NCBI GenBank assembly: GCA_025363675.1
Contig: JANYDJ010000074.1
Span: forward strand, 1 to 59,730
Direction: 5' to 3'
Source: Flavobacteriaceae bacterium
Lineage (GTDB): Bacteria; Bacteroidota; Bacteroidia; UKL13-3
DNA length: 59,730 nt
The notes under the pieces: generated by a model
Databases searched by the model: none
Told to the model about the DNA's origin: nothing
What the model saw: the letters and a program-made list of their open reading frames with translations, nothing else
Position numbers and translations under genes: made by a program
In this document: positions 1 to 8,784 of the stretch, piece by piece
How the letters are laid out: each line of letters opens with the position of its first letter
How positions within the stretch are numbered: the stretch's first letter is position 1

Positions 1-217
1 GTGGGCGTATTTCATCCACGGTCTGCAGTGCGGATGGTTGTGCGGATGGGCAGAATCACCTTTGCAAACAAAAACACTTTTGAATACTTTTTGTGTAAAA
101 AGTATTGCCCCCACGGCGAGTGGACGGCTTTAAAACAGATCATGTTGGTCATAATTTTACGTAATAATATCAAAAAAAATACGGTACCCAAAAAGGATGC
201 GAGCTAAACGCCTATTC

Positions 218-592
218 CTATTCTTTTTTTAATTTGTTATATTTTACTATAAAGATACCATCATCTACAAGGTTAAGATTAATCCATTTAGTAGATTTCT
301 CAAAATTTTCGACATATTCTCTATTTAAGAATATATTGAGAACTTTAAAGCAGTCTAATATTATTCTAAGCAAGTGGCTTTTTGCTTTTTCAATATCTTT
401 TTTTATTGTTAGGTCAGTCGCATTTTCATGATAGCATCGAGCAATGTGGTCATTGAAAGACCTTATTTCATTAAAAATCTGAACAGGCATTTGCTCCCAT
501 TTAGATTCAACATCAGCCAATAGTGGCTTTATTTCTTTATTGTAAACGTCATAAAGTTCTTGTATTCCATCATAATGATTCTTTATAATCAT
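218..592 (-). CDS. hypothetical protein (124 aa), no recognisable family
   Basis: Intact ORF 10 nt downstream of the 79-aa ORF on the same strand. AT-rich, Lys/Glu-rich sequence that looks helical. No catalytic motif seen. Confidence 0.45.
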   Translation of the reverse strand: MIIKNHYDGIQELYDVYNKEIKPLLADVESKWEQMPVQIFNEIRSFNDHIARCYHENATDLTIKKDIEKAKSHLLRIILDCFKVLNIFLNREYVENFEKSTKWINLNLVDDGIFIVKYNKLKKE

Positions 593-601
593 ATATGGAC
601 A

Positions 602-841
602 CTATATTTTAGAAATCATTTTGTCAATCCAAGAATTGCTTATAAGTCTATGTAAATGTATATAAACACTCCCCCTTGCTGCTAATACTGAGGTGTCTAA
701 GTATCCTACCTCTAGCTTTTTACCTATTCTTTCTTCGATAGCTTTGTCAATATCGTCAGCAGCCATCATCGGTAATTCCTCAGGGTCAATACCTGTTGAT
801 TTCCTGATAGATTCTTTTGTTTTAGCATTTAGTGTGAACAT
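602..841 (-). CDS. hypothetical protein (79 aa)
   Basis: Intact small ORF that appears to be co-transcribed with 218-592. No motif recognised. Confidence 0.4.
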   Translation of the reverse strand: MFTLNAKTKESIRKSTGIDPEELPMMAADDIDKAIEERIGKKLEVGYLDTSVLAARGSVYIHLHRLISNSWIDKMISKI

Positions 842-1480
842 ATAAAGAAATATAAAGTGTTTTGAGTCTTAAAAAACGGGGTGCAAAGTTAAGGGATATC
901 AACAAGTTATCAAATATATTTTTTAGTATTAGTAATTGACATAGCGAAATAAATATTGTGGGTTCAATGTTTAAAGTTTATTTATGCACGCTCATAAAAT
1001 TGACAAATCGCTGTAAAGGTACTAAAAACAGATATCTATGGAACTGTAGTTATCCACCAAAACAAAAAAGCGACTGTCATTTTTTATCCTTTTTTTAGAA
1101 AAACATAGGTTGTCCTTTAAGACTTTTGTGGGGTTTGTCCAATTTTTATAACAGTTTTTACTATTGTGTCTTTAAGTTCAACGGCACGCATAATGAAATG
1201 TTTCAAAATATAGGAATTTTATAACAAATAAATTAACTTTTATATCGCTTTGCCCTATACACGAGGGGTTGTGTACGACCTAACATAAGACTCGGTACGG
1301 CATGTTGCGGGGAAAATGTATACCCTATTGGCAATGTCCAACCCTCTTATGAGTTCTTTCGCTTTGCTGATTTCCAAATCTCCCCCTGTCCGAAAAAAGC
1401 TAATCCTGAACCTTTTTGAAACGCCTTGTACCCCTCATGATACACTGGTATATTATCGGCTCAAGCCAGACGGTAATTTA

Positions 1481-4114
1481 TTATACCCCCAATTGAAACC
1501 CTATAGTGGGCGAACCTAAACCGGGTGAAGAACTAATATGTTCTACATCTTCCACAGTAAGTGTTTTTACCATTTCGGGTGTACGGTCTTCGGCTTTCAT
1601 AGCAGCCAATCTTAAGTTTTGTTGTTTCACTGCATCGTCCATCAACTTCCGCACAGCACGGGCATTGCCAAAGAATTTATCACGCTGTGTCCATATAGTT
1701 TCTAATAGTTTATCGAGCATTGTCTTAGCATCGGCATCGGGTAATATACCACGCTCAGTAAGCATTTTAGAAGCGATTTGTTTCAGTTGTTCCAAGTCGT
1801 AATCTTCGAACACCATCATACGGTCGAAACGAGATTTGAGCCCGGGATTAGATTCTATAAATCGGGTCATAGGTTCTGTATAACCTGCAACTATTACAAT
1901 AAATTCGCCACGGTTATCTTCCATACGTTTTAATATAGTTTCTACCGCTTCTTTCCCAAAATCATTATCACTGCCATGCAGGGCATAAGCTTCATCTATA
2001 AACAACACCCCGCCCATAGCTTTGTCTATAAGTTCTTTGGTTTTTAGTGCGGTTGAGCCTATATGGTTTCCAACCAATCCCTGTCTATCACACTCAACCA
2101 AATGGCCGCGTTCCAATATACCCAGTGCTTTATATATTTGGGCAAGTATCCTTGCCACTGTAGTTTTACCTGTTCCGGGATTACCCGTAAATACCGCATG
2201 TAAGTTGAGCAAACTGCGTAAATCTTTTCCTGTTTCTCTATAATACCGCACCAACTTTACCAGCTCGTCAATTTCTGTTTTTGTTTTGCCAAGTCCCACC
2301 ATATTAGTAAGCTGCGTCATAGAATCACGCAGCAAATCTTCGTCAACGGGTATGGATGCAATTTCGCGGTTTTTCTTTTCGAATATGGGCATTAAATCTG
2401 CTACTTCTATCGCCATCAAGTTTTCTTTCGATAATTCTTCGGGGTTTGGCAATTGCATAATGCGTAATCCCAAGTTCATTTTGGCCTCGTCCAATATATT
2501 GTTGACCAAGCGTGCATTCCCGAAATTTTGGTTACGGGCACGGTATGCTTCTACCAGCTTCTTATACATAAATACTTGGGCATCGGGACTAAATTCGACC
2601 ATGCGTTTTTGAGCAGCATATAATGCAATTTTTTCAAGCTCATCGGGTTTATAGTCGGGGTATTCAAACGTCATTTGGAATCGTGATTTGAGACCCGGGT
2701 TCGAATCTAAAAAATTATTCATTTGCTCAGGGTAGCCTGCCACTACAATGGCCAAATCGCCCTCTCCATCGCTCATTTCACGCACCAATACTTCTATAGC
2801 TTCTTTACCAAAATCCTTACTATCATCATCTTTGCGTGAAAGACTATATGCTTCGTCAATAAACAAAATTCCACCTCTGGCTTTTTTAATAGCCTCCTTG
2901 GTTTTGGGTGCGGTTTGGCCAATAAATTCTGCAACCAATTCACTGCGATCGGCTTCATATACATGCCCTTTGGTTAGCAGTCCCAAATTATGATATATTT
3001 TGCCAAGCATACGTGCCACTGTGGTTTTTCCGGTGCCTGGATTGCCAGTAAACACCGCATGCAAATTTATTTTATCGGTATCGGTAAATCCTTTTTTGCG
3101 GCGTAGTTTTATAAAGTTGAGATAGCTGGTATAATCGTGTACTTTCTTTTTAATTCCTCCCAAACCAATAAGGCCATTCATTTCACCCATCAGCTCTTCA
3201 AACGATTTGCTATTGTTAATTTCGGGCAGGGTTTTTTCTTGCAGCCTATTGCGACTGGGGGTAAAATATATTTGTTCGTCGTCAGTTATTTCCAATTCTT
3301 CGGCCCCAATTTCAAAGGGGATTACTGCTACTATTTGGTTCATAAATACCAACTCTACTGTATATATATCGTTGCTCCAACTTCCTTTTATATCGCTACC
3401 CCAACCCACAGTGCAGTGTATTTCTTCATCGCCAGGATATATAAACAATAGTTTGTCAACCGACCCTTTTAATTGGCCGCTCACAGTTTTAAAATTAAAA
3501 ATGAGTTCGCATGCCCAGTAGTCATGTTCTTTTAATAAGTTTTTGGCATTAAGTTGCACCCACACATAACGCGTATCAACACTGTTAAAAGTTTTTAGAT
3601 ATACGCGGTCTTGCTCGGTAACATTGGCATCGGGCCCTTCATATATCTTAATCTCGTTGATATCGAAATAAGGATTGTCGTGGGCATTGGCAAGGCCGTT
3701 GTGTTCTACATAAAAACTGCGTTCGGCAGCCATTTTGTTTTCTATCCAAGCTTCCCACCGATAGGAGCCACGCTTCCAATAATTGCCTTTGTTTTTTACA
3801 CCCCAACCTTCTCTTACAAATACTACACTGTCTTCTTTTTTTACTGTGCGGTCACAATTTAAATTGCAAATTTCTGCCCCATCAGGACCAAAACATTTCA
3901 GTCGGATATGTACATCCCAATCTTGTTCATCAAAAGATTTATTATAAAATGAAAGCTCACAATATATATAAGAAAGTTCGCTCTCATCATATACCAAACG
4001 GTAGTTCTTCTCATTATTCGCCAACCACTCCGTACTGGCAAATATCCGCAAATCCTTAAACTTGTGTTTCATATCCATAAGAACAAAATTAGGGGGAAAT
4101 GGTTGCTTATACAA
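1481..4114 (-). CDS. tandem AAA+ ATPase (CbbX/SpoVK-type) with a duplicated N-terminal module of unknown function
   Basis: 877-aa ORF. Two near-identical AAA cassettes, each with LHAVFTGNPGTGKTTVAR (Walker A) and (I/V)LFIDEAY (Walker B) followed by (I/V)VAGY...NPGLKSRF, the CbbX/SpoVK signature. The first ~300 aa contain two related ~110-aa segments sharing GWG...KG.W...Y. Confidence 0.85.
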   Translation of the reverse strand: MYKQPFPPNFVLMDMKHKFKDLRIFASTEWLANNEKNYRLVYDESELSYIYCELSFYNKSFDEQDWDVHIRLKCFGPDGAEICNLNCDRTVKKEDSVVFVREGWGVKNKGNYWKRGSYRWEAWIENKMAAERSFYVEHNGLANAHDNPYFDINEIKIYEGPDANVTEQDRVYLKTFNSVDTRYVWVQLNAKNLLKEHDYWACELIFNFKTVSGQLKGSVDKLLFIYPGDEEIHCTVGWGSDIKGSWSNDIYTVELVFMNQIVAVIPFEIGAEELEITDDEQIYFTPSRNRLQEKTLPEINNSKSFEELMGEMNGLIGLGGIKKKVHDYTSYLNFIKLRRKKGFTDTDKINLHAVFTGNPGTGKTTVARMLGKIYHNLGLLTKGHVYEADRSELVAEFIGQTAPKTKEAIKKARGGILFIDEAYSLSRKDDDSKDFGKEAIEVLVREMSDGEGDLAIVVAGYPEQMNNFLDSNPGLKSRFQMTFEYPDYKPDELEKIALYAAQKRMVEFSPDAQVFMYKKLVEAYRARNQNFGNARLVNNILDEAKMNLGLRIMQLPNPEELSKENLMAIEVADLMPIFEKKNREIASIPVDEDLLRDSMTQLTNMVGLGKTKTEIDELVKLVRYYRETGKDLRSLLNLHAVFTGNPGTGKTTVARILAQIYKALGILERGHLVECDRQGLVGNHIGSTALKTKELIDKAMGGVLFIDEAYALHGSDNDFGKEAVETILKRMEDNRGEFIVIVAGYTEPMTRFIESNPGLKSRFDRMMVFEDYDLEQLKQIASKMLTERGILPDADAKTMLDKLLETIWTQRDKFFGNARAVRKLMDDAVKQQNLRLAAMKAEDRTPEMVKTLTVEDVEHISSSPGLGSPTIGFQLGV

Positions 4115-4202
4115 AACATTAAAAACACATAGGACACAAAGGCTATAAAGGGAAAATAGAAAAAAACTATGATCACTATGTGGACTATGTGGTTTACGTC
4201 CT

Positions 4203-4210
4203 TATTTTTG
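4203..4210 (+). promoter_or_regulatory. Bacteroidota-type -7 promoter box TAnnTTTG (TATTTTTG)
   Basis: Exact match to the TAnnTTTG consensus, 17 nt upstream of the fbaB ATG. Confidence 0.45.
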
Positions 4211-4226
4211 CGGCAAATTTTAAAAT

Positions 4227-5282
4227 ATGAATTTAAATAATATAACTGAACTACTTGGCGATCAAGCCGATTCGCTACTTGGCCATAAGGCTATCATCAG
4301 CAAAGATTTATTGCATACTCCAGGTCCTGATTTTGTGGATCGTGTGTTTGCCCAAACCAACCGCAACCCACAGGTATTGCGTAATATTCAAAACATATAC
4401 GACCACGGCCGCCTTGCTGGTACAGGTTATGTGTCTATCCTGCCTGTTGACCAAGGAATAGAGCACAGTGCGGGTGCATCGTTTGCCCCAAACCCAATTT
4501 ATTTCGATCCTGAAAATATCATTAAACTTGCCATCGAGGGTGGTTGTAATGCGGTTGCTTCTACTTATGGCGTGTTGGCTTCGTGCAGCCGCAAGTATGC
4601 CCATAAAATTCCTTTCATTGTAAAAATCAACCACAACGAAATTCTTACCTACCCCAACCGTTTCGACCAATTTATGTTTGGCTCGGTAGAGGAAGCTTGG
4701 AACCTAGGTGCTGCTGCTGTTGGAGCTACTATATATTTTGGTAGCGAAGAATCGTCACGCCAAATACAAGAAGTGGCGGCAGCGTTTGAGCGTGCCCACG
4801 AACTTGGAATGGCAACTGTATTGTGGTGCTACCTGCGTAACAACGGTTTCAAAAAAGACGGTGTTGATTACCACGCTGCTGCCGATTTAACCGGACAAGC
4901 AAACCATTTGGGTGTAACTATACAAGCTGATATTATTAAACAAAAATTGCCTACCAATAATGGTGGTTATAATGCTATTAATTTTGGCAAAACCCACCCA
5001 AAAGTATATAGCGAATTAAGCACCGATAACCCAATTGATTTGTGCCGTTACCAAGTAGCCAATTGTTACATGGGCCGCATGGGTCTTATTAACTCAGGGG
5101 GCGAAAGCAAAGGTGCTACCGATATGGCTGAAGCCGTAATGACCGCCGTAGTAAACAAACGTGCTGGTGGTTGTGGACTTATTTCTGGCCGTAAAGCTTT
5201 CCAAAAACCGATGACCGAAGGTGTTACTTTATTGAACGCTATTCAGGATGTGTACTTGGAGAAGGGTGTGACGATAGCGTAA
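4227..5282 (+). CDS. fbaB: class I fructose-bisphosphate aldolase (FbaB/DhnA type)
   Basis: 351 aa, collinear with E. coli FbaB as I recall it. Matching blocks include [51 protein letters not shown] and NKRAGG.GLI.GRKAF. Confidence 0.93.
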   Translation: MNLNNITELLGDQADSLLGHKAIISKDLLHTPGPDFVDRVFAQTNRNPQVLRNIQNIYDHGRLAGTGYVSILPVDQGIEHSAGASFAPNPIYFDPENIIKLAIEGGCNAVASTYGVLASCSRKYAHKIPFIVKINHNEILTYPNRFDQFMFGSVEEAWNLGAAAVGATIYFGSEESSRQIQEVAAAFERAHELGMATVLWCYLRNNGFKKDGVDYHAAADLTGQANHLGVTIQADIIKQKLPTNNGGYNAINFGKTHPKVYSELSTDNPIDLCRYQVANCYMGRMGLINSGGESKGATDMAEAVMTAVVNKRAGGCGLISGRKAFQKPMTEGVTLLNAIQDVYLEKGVTIA

Positions 5283-5365
5283 GTTAGTATAAGGTATAAA
5301 GTAGCAAGTATAAAGTACTTGTTGCTGCTTCCGCTGGATTCCCTTAGCGATATAGTATATAATAG

Positions 5366-5400
5366 AAAGCCGTTTCAGTTTTTGCTGGGGCGGCTTTTTA
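5366..5400 (+). terminator. rho-independent terminator candidate downstream of fbaB
   Basis: AAAGCCGTTTCAG...CTGGGGCGGCTTT stem (with G:U pairs) followed by a T-run. Confidence 0.55.
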
Positions 5401-5684
5401 TTATTAAGGATGATGACAAAAGATGAATGACAAAACGAATTATCGGGAAAATCTTTGACTCATTTGGGCTCACTATGTTGGAATAGAAAACAAAAGCATT
5501 TAAAGTAAACCCTTTGGTTTGTCATCGTCGTTCAAAATGGTTTGGCTTTTCTAGGGTTAGGGTTTTCGACTTATGTTTGTGAACGAAATGGGCAATATTG
5601 GTTTTTTAAATAAGAACATACAATTTTTTATATAGGAATTATATAAGAGAGTACAAGCATAGCTATCATTATGAATTTAATATT

Positions 5685-6588
5685 GAACTGATTTAAACTT
5701 TTAGAATCACTAGAAAGCAAGCTATGTAGTGCCAGTTTATCCAAGAACATATTGATGTGTCGAATCGCACAAGCAGAGTTTTAAAACTGTCGATCCATGC
5801 AAAACAGCGTTCGTTTACGAACCTCCTATTATATAATTTCTGACAGAATTCTCTTTTTCGTCCCCGCTTTTTTTTCTTTCTGTTTCGGATATTTTCTTTA
5901 ATGTTCGGCATTAATTTCCTACGTCTGCAACATCTTCTGAAGCTTTTACTATCAAAGCCTTTATCCGCATTTAGCACACTGTTTTCTACATGAATACCTT
6001 TATTCTTTAATTCATTTATCATAGCTGAAAACTGGGGAACAAGTTGAAATAAATCATGATGGTTTCCACTGGATATATTACCTAGTGCCATAGGAATTCC
6101 ATTACCATCTGTTAAAACTAATATGTTTGATGTTCTCCCTTTTTTTCGATGCTGATAGCCTATCCCTTCGCCTGCTTTTTTGGCTAAGCTATGGGTGCCG
6201 TCGAGGTTCAAATTCTCGGTATCTAGTTTACACTCTTGAAACATTAAAGCAGTATCGAACATATTTTTAAATACATTTTCTTTGCTCCATTTACGATAGT
6301 AGTAGTAAACCAACTGCCATGAAAAAGAAGGCTTAAAGCCTTCAATATCAATAAATAAACAATGCCATTGGCTGCCTGTCTTTAGTTTGTGTAAAATACA
6401 TTGTATGATTTCAACAGGATTAACTTGTGATGGAAACCCTCTTTTATTTTTTGGAATAAAGGGCAAAATGAATGTTTCTATTTCAACTTTTGTTATCTTT
6501 GCTAAATTGCTGTTCATTGGTGTGTATAGTATTGTTTCAACTATAATATACGACTTTTGAACAGCATTTTAAAAGTTTAAATCAGTTC
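5685..6588 (-). mobile_element. IS5-family insertion sequence (about 0.9 kb, single transposase ORF)
   Basis: Perfect 19-bp terminal inverted repeats: GAACTGATTTAAACTTTTA at 5685-5703 and its reverse complement at 6570-6588. They bracket the DDE transposase ORF. I could not identify a clear target-site duplication. Confidence 0.85.
5693..6517 (-). CDS. IS5-family DDE transposase
   Basis: 274 aa. The N-terminal region has the IS5-type helix-turn-helix pattern (ILHKLKTGSQW...YYYYRKW). DDE-type blocks are LNLDGTH, LVLTDGNGIP, LNADKGFDS and the C-terminal RRFVNERCFAWIDSFKTLLVRFD. Confidence 0.88.
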   Translation of the reverse strand: MNSNLAKITKVEIETFILPFIPKNKRGFPSQVNPVEIIQCILHKLKTGSQWHCLFIDIEGFKPSFSWQLVYYYYRKWSKENVFKNMFDTALMFQECKLDTENLNLDGTHSLAKKAGEGIGYQHRKKGRTSNILVLTDGNGIPMALGNISSGNHHDLFQLVPQFSAMINELKNKGIHVENSVLNADKGFDSKSFRRCCRRRKLMPNIKENIRNRKKKKRGRKREFCQKLYNRRFVNERCFAWIDSFKTLLVRFDTSICSWINWHYIACFLVILKV

Positions 6589-6610
6589 GTATAAAGATGA
6601 AATTAAATGG

Positions 6611-7105
6611 TTGATGTATTTATATTATTTGGATACTAAGTGTATTCAATACAATTATAACTATCAAGAAAACATATTAGAATTTATTTCGGAGATGGAT
6701 ATTAATTTTGAAAATATAACGGCTGTTGATACTGGTAGATTAAGGGTGTTTGGGGAGAATACAGGCAATCCTAATCCATTAAAATATTTGAGTCCAGAAA
6801 GTGATACTTTATATTTTAGACTAACTTTTACAAATAAAAAAAACTATTGTACAAAATGTGAAAAAGGTAAGGGACTAATTCCATGGTCAAATTATTTGCC
6901 CATTGAGGTTTATTATTCCCAAAAGCAAAATAAACCACTTTTTATGACGGTTACAAGCGGCGATAATATAATGATTGAGTATAAATATATGGAAAGAAAT
7001 CCTATTATTGATTCAGTTGAATTAATCTCACTATTGAATAATGAGCAATACAGAATAAATCCTTGGTTGATTGAAGGAGCTAAAAGAAGACATTATTTTA
7101 AATAA
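6611..7105 (+). CDS. hypothetical protein (start uncertain, possibly the internal Met at 6695)
   Basis: AT-rich ORF immediately next to the IS element. No recognisable motif. Confidence 0.4.
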   Translation: MMYLYYLDTKCIQYNYNYQENILEFISEMDINFENITAVDTGRLRVFGENTGNPNPLKYLSPESDTLYFRLTFTNKKNYCTKCEKGKGLIPWSNYLPIEVYYSQKQNKPLFMTVTSGDNIMIEYKYMERNPIIDSVELISLLNNEQYRINPWLIEGAKRRHYFK

Positions 7106-7162
7106 GTTCAGATGCCACGACTGAGCCAAAGCAATGGCGTATCCTGAGTCGTAGAATCGCAC

Positions 7163-7170
7163 TATCTTTG
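7163..7170 (+). promoter_or_regulatory. -7 promoter box TAnnTTTG (TATCTTTG)
   Basis: Exact consensus match 16 nt upstream of the ATG at 7186. Confidence 0.45.
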
Positions 7171-7185
7171 CCCACCGAATAGCTT

Positions 7186-7941
7186 ATGCAACCCCGAACC
7201 AAATACTATTTCGCCTCCGACTTCCACTTCGGGGTGCCCGACTATTATAGCAGTTTGCAGCGGGAGAAAAAATTGGTGAAGTGGTTGGAGGAAATTTCTG
7301 CTGATGCCAAGGAACTATACTTGGTGGGCGACTTGTTCGATTTTTGGTTTGAATACAAACATGCCATTCCAAAGTATTATACCCGTTTCTTGGGGCAGCT
7401 TGCACGGATGAGCGATGCAGGAATAAATATATATATATTCAGCGGCAACCACGATGTGTGGATGAAGGATTATTTTACTAAAGAGTTTAATATAGAAGTG
7501 CATCACCAGCCTCTTATAAAAACTATTGGAAACAAAAAGTTCTATATAGCCCATGGCGATGGATTGGGCCCCGGTGATTATGGATATAAGTTTATCAAAA
7601 AAATATTCCGCAATCCTTTTTGTCAGTGGTTATATAGGCAAGTGCATCCAGATTTGGGATACCGTTTGGCAAATTATTTTAGCAAAAGTAGTCGTAGTGT
7701 AAATGTAGATAGAGACAAAGTGTTTTTGGGCGAAGACAAAGAATGGTTGATTATATATTCAAAAGAACTTTTGAAACAAACGCATTATGATTATTTTATA
7801 TATGGTCACCGCCATTATCCTTTGAAACTAGATTTGGGAAATAATTCCACCTATATAAATTTAGGAGATTGGATTACGTTCGCCGAGGCGAATACGTATG
7901 CCGTGTTTGATGGGGAGGAATTGGAGTTGAAGAAATATTGA
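7186..7941 (+). CDS. lpxH: UDP-2,3-diacylglucosamine diphosphatase (LpxH-like metallophosphoesterase)
   Basis: 251 aa with calcineurin-like phosphoesterase motifs: SDFHFG, LVGDLFDFWFEY, SGNHD, HGD and GHRH. The length and the FDFW motif are typical of LpxH. Confidence 0.8.
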   Translation: MQPRTKYYFASDFHFGVPDYYSSLQREKKLVKWLEEISADAKELYLVGDLFDFWFEYKHAIPKYYTRFLGQLARMSDAGINIYIFSGNHDVWMKDYFTKEFNIEVHHQPLIKTIGNKKFYIAHGDGLGPGDYGYKFIKKIFRNPFCQWLYRQVHPDLGYRLANYFSKSSRSVNVDRDKVFLGEDKEWLIIYSKELLKQTHYDYFIYGHRHYPLKLDLGNNSTYINLGDWITFAEANTYAVFDGEELELKKY

Positions 7942-7960
7942 CAATAATAAACATAGTTCG

Positions 7961-8026
7961 TCATGCTGAATTTATTTCAGCATCTTATTCGGAACTTGTA
8001 GAGATGCTGAAATAAATTCAGCATGA
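7961..8026. repeat. palindromic intergenic element, GTCATGCTGAA family
   Basis: TCATGCTGAATTTATTTCAGCATCT at 7961-7985 and its perfect reverse complement at 8002-8026. A diverged second copy lies at 46123-46188. Confidence 0.85.
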
Positions 8027-8059
8027 AAGTGCAGAAAATTATAGTAGTTGAGGTAAGCA

Positions 8060-8716
8060 CTACCTACTATCAAACACCCGCACCACTTCAATTAATATAT
8101 TATTATTCAAATAACCGGCGTATCGGCTCACACTTGAGTGGTTGTTGTTTTTATTTGCCGATATAATACTTTCTTGCGATACAATTTGAACCAGCCAATT
8201 TGTCGAAAAGTTATAGGCCACAGAAAAATTCCACGCTATATCAATTCTTTTAAATGCATCACGGGCATCGTATTTTATAAAGGGCGTAAACTCAATATTT
8301 CCTCCCGCAAGAACTCCTATCACGGGTCCAGTGCTTACATAAAATTTGTCTTTATATATATAGGTATAAGTAAGTGGCACATCTATATATTGCAGTCGGG
8401 CTATTTCCCATTGGCCATTACCACCAATGGCTTGCCCCATATCGCCATATATTTTTTTGCTGCCCTTGTTTACATATTTTATTCCTATGGACCATAACAT
8501 ATTTTTCTTGAAAGGAAACTGTGTGGCCAAACCTGCGGTTAATCCGTTCTTATGATATCCACTCATCCCATCATTGTCTATTTGCGATAAACTAACTCCA
8601 ACACTTGCTTTAAATTTTGCTTGTTGTGAATATATATTTGTTGGGAATATATATAATAGTGTGAGGAGGGAAATAAATAGTGTTTTATTATATAAGTTCG
8701 TTTCGGTGGTAGTCAT
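8060..8716 (-). CDS. outer-membrane beta-barrel protein (porin-family-like)
   Basis: 218 aa. It has an N-terminal signal-like hydrophobic stretch ending ...IYSQQ, followed by an alternating beta-strand pattern with aromatic residues, typical of small OMP barrels. Confidence 0.65.
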   Translation of the reverse strand: MTTTETNLYNKTLFISLLTLLYIFPTNIYSQQAKFKASVGVSLSQIDNDGMSGYHKNGLTAGLATQFPFKKNMLWSIGIKYVNKGSKKIYGDMGQAIGGNGQWEIARLQYIDVPLTYTYIYKDKFYVSTGPVIGVLAGGNIEFTPFIKYDARDAFKRIDIAWNFSVAYNFSTNWLVQIVSQESIISANKNNNHSSVSRYAGYLNNNILIEVVRVFDSR

Positions 8717-8784
8717 TAGTCAATAGTCGTTAGTGGATAGTCGTTAGTCGTTAGTCTTTTTATCTTTTGTCTTTTATCTTTAAC
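8717..8784. repeat. short-period low-complexity block (AGTCGTT and TTATCTTT units)
   Basis: Reads TAGTCAATAGTCGTTAGTGGATAGTCGTTAGTCGTTAGTC followed by TTTTTATCTTTTGTCTTTTATCTTT. Same style as other intergenic 7-8 nt repeat blocks in this window. Confidence 0.7.

Noticed and set aside
1-207. 68-aa plus-strand ORF at the window edge. There is also a possible minus-strand ATG at 15-13 (MKYAH...) running off the window.
   Set aside because: The plus-strand ORF has no motif, an odd composition and a GTG start at position 1, an edge artefact. Only 5 codons of the minus-strand candidate are visible, too few to call.
2690-2715. GGGTTCGAATC, a tRNA T-arm-like string.
   Set aside because: It lies inside the AAA+ coding sequence, where it encodes NPGLKSRF on the opposite strand. 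No acceptor or anticodon stem can be drawn around it. I saw no convincing tRNA anywhere in the window.
1506-3862. Multiple 70-110 aa plus-strand ORFs (1506-1802, 2022-2243, 2286-2612, 2748-2993, 3137-3521, 3611-3862).
   Set aside because: All lie antisense within the well-supported 877-aa AAA+ gene and have low-complexity Ser/Leu/Phe-rich translations typical of shadow ORFs. The same reasoning applies to antisense ORFs inside fbaB, mutS2, the kinase, the TonB receptor, the ABC-F gene, the BNR protein and others.
5681-6592. Looked for a target-site duplication flanking the IS5-family element.
   Set aside because: The flanks read TATT and GTAT, and I could not align a 2-4 bp direct repeat immediately adjacent to the inverted repeats, so no duplication is reported.
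7184-7405. 73-aa minus-strand ORF overlapping the lpxH 5' region.
   Set aside because: It is antisense to a gene with clear metallophosphoesterase motifs. The translation is Pro/Ser/Arg-rich and looks like noise.
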